Below, piece after piece: positions 36,518 to 51,417 of a DNA stretch of 64,000 nucleotides. Below the pieces are notes generated by a model that had not been told where the DNA came from, searched no databases, and saw nothing but the letters and a program-made list of their open reading frames with translations. This DNA is from Eledone cirrhosa (Eukaryota). The position numbers and the translations under genes were made by a program. The stretch is from assembly GCA_964016885.1 (NCBI GenBank), contig OZ024760.1, forward strand, positions 3,038,001 to 3,102,000, in the 5' to 3' direction. Position 1 is the stretch's first letter, and every line of letters starts with the position of its first letter.

Positions 36518-36577
36518 ATTATCTAAAATCTTTTCATATTTATCTAAAATCTTTTCATATTTATCTAAAATCTTTCC
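36490..36577. repeat. ~21-bp tandem repeat x4 (TTTTCATATTTATCTAAAATC) at the Penelope 5' truncation
   Basis: Visible directly. Confidence 0.85.
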
Positions 36578-37848
36578 ATCATAAATGTAACAACTGTTTC
36601 TACTTTTGGCACAAGGTCAGCAATTATCCCAGTGTATTACTGGTACTTTATTTTATCGACCCCGTAAGGATGAAAGGCAAAGTTAACCTCGGCAGTATTT
36701 GAACTCAGAATGGCAAGGGCCGTAACTCTATGCGCCAAAGCATGGCATCCGACACTCTACCAATACTGCCAATCCACCGCCTATATATATATAATGTGTG
36801 AAGGCGCATGGCTGAGCAATAAGAGAATTGGGACTCGCAATCGTGAGTTTGTGAGTTTGATTCCCCGATCGCGCGATGCATTATGTCTTTGAGCAAGATG
36901 CTTTATTTCATGCTAGATAGTATTTCATGGTAGATAGTATTAGCATTTGGAAACATTGTTTCCTTGGTCCAGTTTGAGGAGGTCTAGGATCTTGTCGATA
37001 TATGTATATATAATATATATATATATAAACAGAAAATTGTGAAGGATAATCAAAACACACTAACCAACATGAAATATTCCTTACATTATGTTTCATCTAG
37101 ATCAAAAAATCCAAATTGTGTCTACAGAATAGAATTGAATTTGATCTGAAATCACCAATAGATGCATCTCGATCTAGAATCGTCAGAGGAAATTACAAAA
37201 GTTTATAATGATATCAAAAAAGGATAAAGATGAACTTTACCTTTTGCAACCTAACAAAAAAGCTTTGCTTTTGAATAAGGCATCTAATATAATATATCAT
37301 ACTATCCTCTCCTGCAAATTTATGCTATAATACTTCTTTTTTTGATATATATATGTATATATATAACCTGTCACAACACAAACACTAAATGTACGAAGAT
37401 ATCTCATTAATTCGTCCAACCTGCAGGAGATTGAGATCTGAAGAGCACATTTTAACATTTGTGACCTGTTCACTTTCATCTATTCTTTTTCCTTCAAGTC
37501 AACTCACATCTAGTCACTGATCTCTGTCCTTCGAGGTAATATTTTCCCCAACACTGTTCTAACAGCTTCCATACACCGAGTTTTCCCAATTTCCTGAGAA
37601 TTCTAATACACTCGCATCTCAAAACTCTATTTTTTTAGTTAATTTGAATATATATATATATATATATATTCAAATTAACTAAAAAATATATATATATATA
37701 ACAAAGGAAATGTGGTAAGGAACCACATGGACCATAACACACCAAAGTACTCAATACTTAGGGTAGTAGAGTGGGTAATAGGAACGAGTAGCACCCCGAC
37801 GGTTGAGCTCAAGCCGTTTCGACGGCTATTTCTGCACTAAAAAAAAAA

Positions 37849-37880
<32 letters not shown>

Positions 37881-38498
37881 AGTCCAGAAATAGCCGTCGA
37901 AACGGCTTGAGCTCAGCCGTCGGGGTGCTACTCGTTCGTTCCTATATATATAAATATATATATATAAATATATATATATAAATATATAAATATATAAATA
38001 TATATATATAAATATATAAATATATAAATATATATATATATATATTGGAAAATGTGTGAGATCCTTGGTACGGTTAGGTATATTTGAAAAATAGGAAAAG
38101 AATGACTTCACTTGTAGTGTTAAAAAATTTATGATTTAATGTTATAATATAATATTATAATATTATGAGTTGGTAGATCCGGTAAGTTCTTTGTTAACTT
38201 GGGTTGGAGAACTTTCTCGCATTCGTCTGTCTGTGGTGATTATCAAACCGAGATCAGGTTGTGTTGTGATGTGTGACTATATATAAGAGAGAGATTTGGA
38301 TGTCTCTGGGGTGTGGCGTGCGGTGTTAATGAGTGTTGATGATGATGAAGGTCCGGAGGAATTAAAGTATACATACACACACACACATATATATATATAC
38401 ACTGATAAAATGGTGAGGTTGTAAGATAAGGGTGTTTGAGAAGGTGGTCGTAAACCTACTCTCCTGCTGGTTTTATTTCATTAGCTGACCTTTGATGA

Positions 38499-38534
<36 letters not shown>

Positions 38535-38934
38535 CGGATCTAGCTGTTGAAACAGCCAGAGCTCAGCTGTCGGGTTGCTGACTTATTTCCTATATATCAT
38601 CATCATCATCATTTCATTTTTCGTCCGCTTTTCCCTGCTTGCAAGGGTGGGACGGGAACTGATTCTGGCTTGATTTCTACAGCTGGATGCCCTTCCTAAC
38701 ACCAACCTCATTTACAGTGAGTGCTGGGTGCTTTTTTGCCGTGGCACCTCCACAACCACTTTACAGTGGAATGATAGGGACCCGAGTCCCTATCATCTCA
38801 TTTCTACAGCTGAGTAAACTGGAGCAATGTGAAATAAAGTGTCTTGCTCAAGGAAACAACACATCACCCGGTCTGAGAATTGAACTCACAACCTTTCGAT
38901 TGCAAGGCCAATGCTCTAACCACTAAGCCATGTG

Positions 38935-40678
<1,744 letters not shown>

Positions 40679-40982
40679 ATATATATATTAAAATAACAGA
40701 TTAAAGTTTAAGCAAAGAATCACTGCTTTCACCCCTAACGGGATCTTTTAAAAAGCGGGATATTTTAATAAATATTTGCTCTAGGGTTCTTATATATTTG
40801 ATATATATTTATCCTTATCGAGCCCTCTTTGCATTTTTGTCTTCATATTTATTATTATTACTATATATATATGTGTATATATATAAATGTAAGTATGCAC
40901 AGCTGATACGTATGCATACTTACATTTATATATATACACATATATATATAGTAATAATAATAATATATATATATGTATGTAA

Positions 40983-41056
<74 letters not shown>

Positions 41057-41158
41057 CTATCTAGGGCGGGTAAAATCCCCGAGATCCATGCTGCCATGTC
41101 CTACGTCTCCAACGTGTATGTGTATATATATATATATACATATATATACATATATATG

Positions 41159-41194
<36 letters not shown>

Positions 41195-41202
41195 CATATA
41201 TA

Positions 41203-42170
41203 TCATCATCATCACCGTTTTACGTCCGTTCTTCCACGCTAGCATGGGTTAGACGGGTTGTCCTGTTGTGGGCAGTGTCTGGTCGGCTAACCATGCCTTG
41301 CTCATACAGGAACTGATCTGGCTTGATTTCTACAGCTGGATGCCCTTCCTAACACCAACCTCATTTACAGTGAGTGCTGGGTGCTTTTTCGTGGCGCCTA
41401 CACGTCCACTTTACAGTGTGGGCTGGGTGCTTTTTTGCCGTGGCACCTCCACGACCACCTTGCGGTGGGGGGGGGGGACATATTGTTTATATGCTTCAGC
41501 ATGTACCCATGGGAGGTCGGGTACCCTGTATTACTGCGTGACGCCAGAAGTCACGGTCGTGTGTCATTGACTTTGAGAGGTGTAGTTGGGTAAGGTCGGC
41601 TTTTATCACCTCATCCCAAGTCATCTTGGGTCTCCCCACTCCGCGGTTTCCATCAACTTCTAGTGCTCTGCACCTTTTTATGCAGCTGTCATCCTTCATA
41701 CGCATCACATGTCCATACCAGCGTAACCGCCTCTCCTGCACGCAGCATTTGATTCCTCTTATGCTCAGTCTCTCTCTCAATTCATTTATGCTTTGTCGTT
41801 CACGTATATTACTGTTACACATCCATCGGAGCATGCAGGCTTCGTTTCTCTCTAATCTACATAAGTCTTCCACCTTTAGCGCCCAGGTCTCACTACCATG
41901 CAACATCGCTGTTCGGATACACGCATCATACAGTCTGCCTTTCATTCTGAGGGAGAAGCCTTTTGCAGCTAGCAGTGGTAGTAGTTCCCTAAACTTCTTC
42001 CATCCCGTTCTTACCCTAGTTATTGTACTTTCTGAGCACCCACCTCCGTTGCTAATTCGGTCACCTAGGTAGCAGAAGCTGTCTACTGTTTCTACAGAGC
42101 CCTCCCAGAGATTGGTGGTACTTGTTTCCTGTGGCTGTTTGCTTGCTGTTTCAGCACAGCTGCTGCATGC
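41203..42170 (-). mobile_element. RTE LINE family B, 5'-truncated
   Basis: SFCYLGDRI...MLHGSETW...[11 protein letters not shown]...; 3' UTR distinct from family A; matches 55115-56155. Confidence 0.88.
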
Positions 42171-42201
42171 ATATATATGCATATATATACATATATATAT
42201 G

Positions 42202-42244
<43 letters not shown>

Positions 42245-42298
42245 GTATATATATGTATATATATATATGTATATATATATGTATATATATGTATATAT

Positions 42299-42344
<46 letters not shown>

Positions 42345-42362
42345 GTATATATATGTATATAT

Positions 42363-42414
<52 letters not shown>

Positions 42415-42435
42415 GTATATATATGTATATATATA

Positions 42436-44415
42436 TGTCGGAAGTGGAAGATCTCCAGGTATGGATGGCATACATGCTGAGCTCCTACAATATGGTGGTG
42501 AGAGACTCCTGCAACATCTTCACTCTCTGTTTGGAGGGATATGGGCTAATGAATCCGTGCCTGAGGACTGGAGAGATGCAGTAATGGTGGTCTTGTACAA
42601 GGGAAAGGGTAACAGGAATGATTGTGGGAACTACAGAGGTATATCATTGCTTTCTGTCGTGGGGAAAGTTTTATGTAGGGTGCTTCTGGACCGTCTGCTG
42701 ACACACATTGCAGATTGTGTCCTTCCTGAAAGTCAATCTGGTTTTCGTGTTGGACGCGGCACTACTGATATGATCTTCTCAGCTAGACAGCTCCAGGAGA
42801 AGTGCATTGAACAGGGCTTGGATCTGTATCAGGTTTTTGTCGATCTGACAAAGGCTTTCGATACTGTCAACAGAGATGCATTATGGAAGGTTCTCCAGAA
42901 ACTTGGTTGCCCTGATAAGTTCCTTGCTTTAGTTAGGTCTTTCCATGACGACATGAAGGCTTGGGTTAATGTCGGAGGTAATATGTCGGAGCCTATCTCA
43001 GTAAAAAATGGAGTGAAACAGGGGGATATTCCAGCACCGACACTGTTTGCCATATACTTTGCAATGGTTTTCTGTATTGCATTCAGGAATTGCGAGCATG
43101 GTGTTTACATCCGATATCGAACCTCAGGCAGCATATTTAACATCAGGCGCTTTGCTGCGAAGACAAAGGTATTTACATCGGTCATAAGAGACCTCTTGTA
43201 TGCAGATGATTGCGATCTTGTAGCGCACACAGAGAGTGATATGCAGCACATTTTGAATGTATTTTCTGACGCTTGCACTGCCCTGGGTTTGACTGTCAGT
43301 CTCAAGAAAACCGTCGTCATGTACCAACCTGCACCTGGTAGGCAGTACACTGAACCAAACATCTATGTGTATGGCAGACGACTTGGAGTGGTTGATCAGT
43401 TTGTCTACCTGGGAAGCACTGTCAATCGATACGGCAACCTTGGCAGTGAAATCTCACTTAGGATTAGGAAAGCAAGTGATGCTTTCGGAAAGCTAGAAAG
43501 GCGACTCTGGGGTCGGCGAGACATATGCAGGAGGACAAAGGTAAGGGTGTACAGGGCATGTGTACTCTCTTGTCTTCTTTATGCCTGCGAGACCTGGGTC
43601 ACATATCGACGCCACCTTAAGCAATTGGAGCGTTTCCATCAGATGTGTCTCAGACGGATACATGGCGTTCGCTGGAGGGACCACATCAGTGATGTCGAGA
43701 TTTTGGAAAGCTCTATGTGTGACAGTATAGAAGCTCTTGTGCTTAAGCAGCGACTCCGTTGGAGTGGTCACCTTGCCAGGATGAAGGATTCTAGAATACC
43801 AAAACAACTCTTCTATGGAGAGTTGGTTAAAGGAAAACGACCGCCACATAAACCAAAAAAGAGGTATAAGGATTCCTTGAAAGCCTCTCTGAAAGACGCT
43901 AACATCTCTGCTGATACATGGGAAAATATTGCTGCTGATCGTAATAAATGGAGAAAGACTGTATATGAGGGAAAAGTTGCCTTTGAGGCATCTCGAATCG
44001 CACACGAGAAAGTAAAGCGGGACGTGAGGAAGGGTATTGCTGTTGCACTTCCAGACGGCGAGGGTCCTCCTGTGTTTCTGACATGCAGCGTCTGTGCGAG
44101 ACTCTGCCTAAGCAAAGCTGGACTCGAAAGTCATCTTCGCAGTCATAAAGTAAGACCAGTGGTTGACTACCAGGCTGCTGTTGGAGATGCTACTCATCAT
44201 GCTTGCCAAACATGTGGTAGAGAATGTAAATCAGCAGGAGGACTCAAGCGACATGCAAAAGTACACGAACTCCAACCACAGCCGACTATTCCCAGTAAAT
44301 GTTTTGGTTGCCGACTCTATGCAAGACATTTTAGATCATTGGCTGGGCTAAAAAGCCACATTCGATCGCAGCACTGTTAGTTGCTATCGTGTGTTTGTGT
44401 GTGTGTGTGTGTGTA
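42436..44415 (+). mobile_element. 5'-truncated RTE (BovB-like) LINE, intact RT, three C-terminal C2H2 zinc fingers, (GT)n tail
   Basis: [70 protein letters not shown]; CxxC..H...H fingers. True ORF begins about 42437; the N-terminal YI repeat in the ORF track is microsatellite. Confidence 0.9.
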
Positions 44416-44499
44416 GATATGCTTATGTGCGTGCGTGTGTGTGTATATATATATGAATATGTATATTATTATTGTTGTTGTCGTTATTATTATTATTGC

Positions 44500-44551
<52 letters not shown>

Positions 44552-44673
44552 GTTATTAATGTATGTGTGTATATATGTGTGAGTGTATGTGTATGTATGT
44601 GTGTGTGTATATATGTATGTATATGTATGTATGTGTATGTGTATATATATGTGTATGTATATATGTATGTATA

Positions 44674-44706
<33 letters not shown>

Positions 44707-44744
44707 CTTTTCCCTTTTTTTTTTTTTTTTTTTTTTTTTTATTT

Positions 44745-47700
44745 ATTTATTATTATTATTATTATTATTGTTATTGTTATTCCTTGAATCTCAGTCATTG
44801 ATGTTGGTTAACTGGAAAGTCCGTTGGATTGAATATCAAGCCACTACCTGCAGCCTCAGATATTCAGGACGTATCGGAGGGTTCTTGCCGTTCCAAGCAA
44901 GCATGCCTTTTGAAGCGTTCCAAAAAGCGTGAAGGGGCCGATTTTCTTTAACCATCCCTGGAAACCTTTGGAGATAGTCCCCAGTGCGCCTATGACAATC
45001 GGGATCACTTTGACTTCATGGCAGTTCCAAATCCTTTTCACCTCCCACTTTAGGTCCTGGTATCGGTTAATTTTCTCCCTCTCCTTCTCTTGCACTCTCG
45101 TGTCGAACGGGCAGGCCACATCCACAATCAGGCACGATCTTTTTTCTTTGTCCACAACCACCAGGTCAGGTCTATTGTGTTCCAGTTTTTTGTCCGTCTG
45201 TATCCTAAAATCCCACAGCACCTTCACCTGACTGTTCTCCATCACCGCCTCTGGCCTATGCTCATACCATTTCTCAGAATGTGGTAGATTGTTTACTTTG
45301 CACAGGTGCCAGTGGATCACCCTGCCCATCACATCGTGTCTCCAGCCCTTATAGTGGGTCTGGGCTAGGTGTTTACACTCGGACACAATGTGAGCCACAG
45401 TCTCCTCTCTCTCTCCACAGATCCTGCACAGTGGGCTAGCCTCCTCCTTGTAGATATGGTGCTTCAACCACTTCGTTTTGAGGGCCTGCTCCTGCGCAGC
45501 CATTAGCATTCCTTCTGTAGCCTTTTTGAGGTCTCCTCTTCTCAACCAGTTCCATGTCTGTGGATCTCTAAATTCAGTTTTCTCAAAGAAGGTACTATGA
45601 AGGGATTTTCCCTTAAGGCTGCTCTTCCTCCTTGATGTTATTTCCTCCTTGGGTATCCCCTGGCCTACTCTCCCCTCCTTCAGTACAGCTCTGAGCATTG
45701 GCTCCTTACTATAGGTCACGTATTTGTATAGGTTGTTTTTCTCCATCTGAACACAGTCCTCTATGCTGATAAGACCTCTTCCACCCTCAGATCTCCTTAG
45801 GTAGAGTCTATCGACATCACTCCTCTTGTGGAACATGTTGTAGATAGTCAATAGCTTCCTAGTCTTCCTATCCATTTCTTTTTGTTCAGCAACATTCCAT
45901 CTCAGAATTCCCGCACTGTACCTAATAATAGACACAGCTCGGGAATTTACTGCGCTTATGGCATTTCTGCTGTTCAGATGTGACTTCAATACGCTCCTTA
46001 CTCTCCGAATGTATTCAGTTCTTAACAATTCCTTCATTTTTTTGTTCTTTATGCCATCAGCCTCCAGAACGCCCAAATACTTGTATCCTTCCTCAGAGTC
46101 AATTTCCTTTATCATCTCACCTGTTGGTATCTGGATCCCGTTACTTCTGCTCAACCTACCCCTCCTCATCACAATGACTCCACATTTACCAATACCAAAC
46201 TGCATACATATATCACTGCTGAAAATACGGACAGTGTCAACAAGCACATCCAACTCCTTCTCACTTTTCCCGAAGAGCTTAAGATCGTCCATGAAGAGGA
46301 GGTGATTGATGGTAAGCTCTCCCCTTCCCAACTTGTATCCTGCTCTCACTTTTCGCAGCATAATGGTCAAGGGCATCAGGGCAAGGACAAACAACAGAGG
46401 GGACAGGCTATCTCCCTGGAAGATACCTCTCTTGATCTTCACGCTTCCCAAGGATACTCCAGTTGATGTCAACTCTGTCTCCCAGGACCCCATACTCCTG
46501 CCCAGCAACTCTCTGATGTTATCTGCCACCCTGAAGATCTCCAGGCTTTTGGTGATCCAGGAATGAGGCACCATGTCAAATGCCTTTCTGTAGTCTATCC
46601 ATCCCATGGCAAGATCAGTGTGTCTCCTCCTGCAATTCCCCATTACCATCTTATCAATAAGCAACTGGTCCTTTGTACCACGTGACTTCTTTCGGCATCC
46701 TTTCTGTTCGTCCGGCAACAAGTTGTTTGTGTGGAGGTGATGGTAGATTTCCTCAGACACAATGCTCGTCAACAGTTTCCACATTACGGGCAGACATGTG
46801 ATAGGTCTATAGTTGGTAACATCATTACCCTTGATTCGGTCTTTCATTATCAGAACTGTGGTACCTTTTGTCAACCACTCTGGCACCTCACCCGACACCA
46901 AGCAGTCATTGAACATGGCCGTCAGCTTCGGGTGGAGGGATGTTAAATGTTTAATCCAATACCCCTGCACACCATCTGGGCCTGGTGATTTCCAGTTGGT
47001 TAGTTTTTTGGCTTGCCCCTTAAGAGTTTCAACTGTGATACTCAAATCAGTCTGTTGCTGTGCCTGCTCACCGATCTCCCTCTGTACTGTCTCAATCCAC
47101 CCTGCCTGGGCATTGTGTCTAACATCCTGCTCCCATATTCCTCTCCAGAATGTTTTAGCTTGTTCCGCCCCAGGGATCAAGTCGGTGCCTCTTTCTTTCC
47201 CCTCAAGCTGTCCAAACAGCATCTTCTGGTTGTTGTCGAACATGCGGTTCTGTTTATACTGACTGACTCTGTTCTCGTATCGCCTGATTTTGGCACTCTT
47301 TGCTACAATGCGTTGCTTCAATTCCTCTATGATAATATTTAGCTTTTTACTCCTAGTTTTGTATTTTATTTCCAGTCTATTTTTAGTGCCTATGTTTTTT
47401 AGTGTCCCATTCAGTAGTGACTCAAGCTTTCCTATGTCATTTCTCATTTCCCCGATTTGCCCACTCAGTCGCTTCTTCCACCACGGCTCTGCTCTTTCTT
47501 GTCTGTTGTTTCCTCTCGCTTTTATACCAAGTAGTTTCCTCACCGTATTTGCTGTTGCTTTGAGGATATTGTTGCACTGGTGAAGACTCCTCGCCTCAAG
47601 GTATGGGATGACTTTGTTTACCTTAGCTGTTGTTTCTTTTAACTTTTTCCTGTCTACAAATCTTAGGTTCATAGGTCTCCCACTATCATTGTTCAACTCA

Positions 47701-49288
47701 TCTACCACTAAATTTAGGATGTCAACCGAATCTTGTCCTAGCCCGTCAGCATTCATCTCCTCAGTGGCCGTATCTCTGTTCCAGGTATTATTTATCTCAG
47801 TATTCAGATCATTGTCTGCTTCGGGTGGTTCCTCCGCTCTCAGGACCTCCTCACCTTCATTTCCCGCCGGCTCGCTTGTCTGGCATACTACACCCGCCAT
47901 CTCCAAGCCATTCTCTCTGCTCAGTTCCTCCAGTTCCAGCTCGCTTATCCACCCATTAGTTCTTATTACCCGAGCCTGCCCGGCCAATTTTTGTTCATCT
48001 AATTTAAATAAACCAATCTCGTTCCAGATGTTATGCATCCGTCTCCTGTAGCCCCTCTCCTTGGGGTTACTTTTCAGGTAGCATTGCATAACAGTTCTAT
48101 TCAATTCTTTCGTCCAGTTGGTTCTGGCCCCTTTCCTTCTTCTTCTTCCTCCAACATCAGCAGTATTTCGTTGACAGTCAGGTTCCTGCTGCTGAGCCAG
48201 GGGGCACCTGTTGGGTGAGAGTCTGTCACATGACGTTCTAGTCTCCATTTCACCGTTATTCGAACTGTTTATGTTCGATATTTAAACACTCTTATCGAGG
48301 ATTGGCGAATGTATGTTTACATAGCCATCTGTGGATCCGCCATCCCACTTGGCCCTTGTGTGGCATTATCACCACGCTGTATACGGACACACATAAACAA
48401 ACAAACACACGGGCAGAAAGGGCCCCAAAAATGAATAAGCATAAGTTTCATTGTAATGTAGTATTCGAATGTCTGACTTAGTTTTTGTTTTTTAAGTTTT
48501 ACTTTTTCCCCCCTCTTCTCTGTCCGTCCGCCTGCCTCTCTCTTCATTCTTATTTTCTTTACGTTTTGGGGGTTTCTTTTTTTGTTTTTGTTTTTCTCTG
48601 TTTTTCTCGTTTTTTACTGTTGTTGCTGTGCTGCTTTTGTTGTTTATTTTTTCTTTTTTCTTTTGAGTCTATCTATATATTTTGATGCCTTCCTCTTTTT
48701 TAGCAGTAGGGATTCTATAATGTGGTGGCAGCAGCCAGCTAAAAGAAGAAGTGGGAGACTGGCGGCGGTAGCGATACTGAGACAGTGGTGGTGGTGATGT
48801 CGATACCGAGACAGTGGTGGCGGTGATGTGACCGTATTACTGTAGCGATGGTGCTGTAGCGGTGGCAGCAGTGAAGGAGTGAAGGGGTGGTGGCGGCGGT
48901 GATGGGATAATGGTTGTAATGATGGCCGTAGTGATCGGTGGTGGTTTAGTGTACACAGGTGATAGGGTGGGTGGTGTATCTAGTTTCTGGTGTTGGTGAG
49001 TTTGGCTGTTCTATATAGTGTATACAGAGGAGGAGGGGGGGGGGTTCTTCTTCCATTTATAGCCATTTTCTTTTTTGGATATACAGTGTACAATACAAAG
49101 TTGAATATTTGAATATTTGAGCCTTATAACAATATATTTTGGGTCCGAATTTTTTGGGGCTCAAGCCGGGTGCTTTACGTAGCATTTGTACTAAGAGTTG
49201 TTATTTCACAAATGGTTTAAATATGTTAAAAATTCAAAACTTACGGGAGCGATTTCATGACCTCCGTCACCTCGTGCGTCTTCTTCCC

Positions 49289-49337
<49 letters not shown>
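44745..49337 (-). mobile_element. Full-length R4/Dong-like non-LTR retrotransposon, copy 2, flanked by (TTA)n and poly-T
   Basis: Same structure as copy 1 with different flanking DNA. Confidence 0.92.
44856..48248 (-). CDS. R4/Dong-like ORF (RT + RLE), copy 2
   Basis: 1130 aa, intact; differs from copy 1 at six residues by my comparison (G/A, D/E, E/Q, Y/D, Q/E, T/R). Confidence 0.95.
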   Translation of the reverse strand: METRTSCDRLSPNRCPLAQQQEPDCQRNTADVGGRRRRKGARTNWTKELNRTVMQCYLKSNPKERGYRRRMHNIWNEIGLFKLDEQKLAGQARVIRTNGWISELELEELSRENGLEMAGVVCQTSEPAGNEGEEVLRAEEPPEADNDLNTEINNTWNRDTATEEMNADGLGQDSVDILNLVVDELNNDSGRPMNLRFVDRKKLKETTAKVNKVIPYLEARSLHQCNNILKATANTVRKLLGIKARGNNRQERAEPWWKKRLSGQIGEMRNDIGKLESLLNGTLKNIGTKNRLEIKYKTRSKKLNIIIEELKQRIVAKSAKIRRYENRVSQYKQNRMFDNNQKMLFGQLEGKERGTDLIPGAEQAKTFWRGIWEQDVRHNAQAGWIETVQREIGEQAQQQTDLSITVETLKGQAKKLTNWKSPGPDGVQGYWIKHLTSLHPKLTAMFNDCLVSGEVPEWLTKGTTVLIMKDRIKGNDVTNYRPITCLPVMWKLLTSIVSEEIYHHLHTNNLLPDEQKGCRKKSRGTKDQLLIDKMVMGNCRRRHTDLAMGWIDYRKAFDMVPHSWITKSLEIFRVADNIRELLGRSMGSWETELTSTGVSLGSVKIKRGIFQGDSLSPLLFVLALMPLTIMLRKVRAGYKLGRGELTINHLLFMDDLKLFGKSEKELDVLVDTVRIFSSDICMQFGIGKCGVIVMRRGRLSRSNGIQIPTGEMIKEIDSEEGYKYLGVLEADGIKNKKMKELLRTEYIRRVRSVLKSHLNSRNAISAVNSRAVSIIRYSAGILRWNVAEQKEMDRKTRKLLTIYNMFHKRSDVDRLYLRRSEGGRGLISIEDCVQMEKNNLYKYVTYSKEPMLRAVLKEGRVGQGIPKEEITSRRKSSLKGKSLHSTFFEKTEFRDPQTWNWLRRGDLKKATEGMLMAAQEQALKTKWLKHHIYKEEASPLCRICGEREETVAHIVSECKHLAQTHYKGWRHDVMGRVIHWHLCKVNNLPHSEKWYEHRPEAVMENSQVKVLWDFRIQTDKKLEHNRPDLVVVDKEKRSCLIVDVACPFDTRVQEKEREKINRYQDLKWEVKRIWNCHEVKVIPIVIGALGTISKGFQGWLKKIGPFTLFGTLQKACLLGTARTLRYVLNI

Positions 49338-50097
49338 TTTTTTTTTTTTTTTTTTTTTTTTTATTGTGCAATGGCCATACTCGATAACGAGGGGGCAGCC
49401 ATCATATGTATATATATATGTATATATATATGTATATATATATGTATATATATATGTATATATATATGTATACATATATATGTATATATATATGTATATA
49501 TGTATGTATATATATATACATATATATATATATAACCAAAGATTAATATGGTTCATTGAATATAGTTTTACAATAGATTAAAAGCACTCTACAAAAAAGT
49601 TTTCTGGAGTTATTATTATTCAGAATAATAAAAAATGAAGACATTCACATAATCAAAATATATGTTTTATTATATACATTTCGAAGGTACTGTGCTGTTT
49701 CAACATCATCATCATCATCATCATCATCATTTTTACGTCTGCATTTCCCTGCTTGCAAGGGTGGGACGGGAACTGATTCTGGCTTGATTTCTACAGCTGG
49801 ATGCCCTTCCTAACACCAACCTCATTTACAGTGAGTGCTGGGTGATTTTTTGCAGTGGAATGATGGGGACCCCAGTCCCTATCATCTCATTTCTACAGCT
49901 GAGTAAACTGGAGCAATGTGAAATAAAGTGTCTTGCTCAAGGAAACAACACATCACCCGGTCTGAGAATTGAACTCACAACCTTTCGATTGCAAGGCCAA
50001 TGCTCTAACCACTAAGCCATGTGCCTCCATGTGCCTCCATGTTTATATATTATATATAGCAATTATTCTTCTTTGTATCTCTCCTCTTTCTATTCAG

Positions 50098-50247
50098 GTA
50101 CAAAAGTGAACTCTTGTGGGAGACTTGTTGATTTGTCTGACGTTGTGAATATAACATCTCTGGTGTTTGATGGTGAAGCCACACGGATTGATACACGGTT
50201 TAAAGATGTCGGCCAGGATATTGTACCACAATCAGAAGGTGTGCAAA
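50098..50247 (+). CDS. ENPP: ENPP exon 12 (PDE): GTKVNSCGRLVDLSDVVNITSLVFDGEATRIDTRFKDVGQDIVPQSEGVQ
   Basis: Strong pyrimidine tract plus ttcAG, A|GTAAGT donor; phase 1-1 fits neighbours; corresponds to 'GM....C.....L'. Confidence 0.85.
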
Positions 50248-50316
50248 GTAAGTACTGAAATGTATATAATGTATATAATTCTGAAGGTCCATGGCTTAGT
50301 GGCTAGGGTGTTGAAC

Positions 50317-51417
50317 TATATATACACTTTAATATACACTATATATATCATACACTATATATACACATTATCATACACTATATATATATTATATATTCAC
50401 TATATATCATACACTATATATACACTATATCATACACTATATATCTATATATATACACTATATCATACACTATATATACACATTATCATACACTATATAT
50501 ACACTATGTCATACACTATATATATATACACTATATCATGCACTATATATATACAGACTATATCATACACTATATATACACATTATCATACACTATATAT
50601 ATACTATACATTCACTATATATCATACACTATATATACACTATATCATACACTATATATCTATATATATACACTATATCATACACTATATATACACATTA
50701 TCATACACTATATATACACTATGTCATACACTATATATATATACACTATATCATGCACTATATATATACAGACTATATCATACACTATATATACACATTA
50801 TCATACACTATATATATACTATACATTCACTATATATCATACACTATATATACACTATATCATACACTATATATCTATATATATATACAGACTATATCAT
50901 ACACTATATATACACATTATCATACACTATATATATACTATATATTCACTATATATCATACACTATATATACACATTATCATACACTATATATATATTAT
51001 ATATTCACTATATATCATACACTATATATACACATTATCATACACTATATATATACTATATATTCACTATATATCATACACTATATATACACATTATCAT
51101 ACACTATATATACACATTATCATACACTATATATATATTATATATTCACTATATATCATACACTATATATACACATTATCATACACTATATATATATTAT
51201 ATATTCACTATATATCATACACTATATATACACATTATCATACACTATATATATACTATATATTCACTATATATCATACACTATATATATATATATATTC
51301 ACTATATCATGCACTATATATATACAGACTATATATATCATACACTATATATACACATTATCATACACTATATATATATTATATATTCACTATATAGCAT
51401 ACACTATATATACACTA
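50317..51417. repeat. AT-rich compound minisatellite (ATCATACACTATATATAC...)
   Basis: Recurrent ~24-nt subunits with higher-order repetition, filling most of intron 12. Confidence 0.9.

Noticed and set aside
37155-37192. Possible minus-strand hammerhead (CTGACGA...GAGA TGCATC)
   Set aside because: GAAA box is mutated and stems I and II are not convincing.
44745-49337. Second Dong-like copy as a segmental duplication or assembly error
   Set aside because: Flanks are unrelated to copy 1 and the 5' UTRs differ by many changes, favouring independent insertion.
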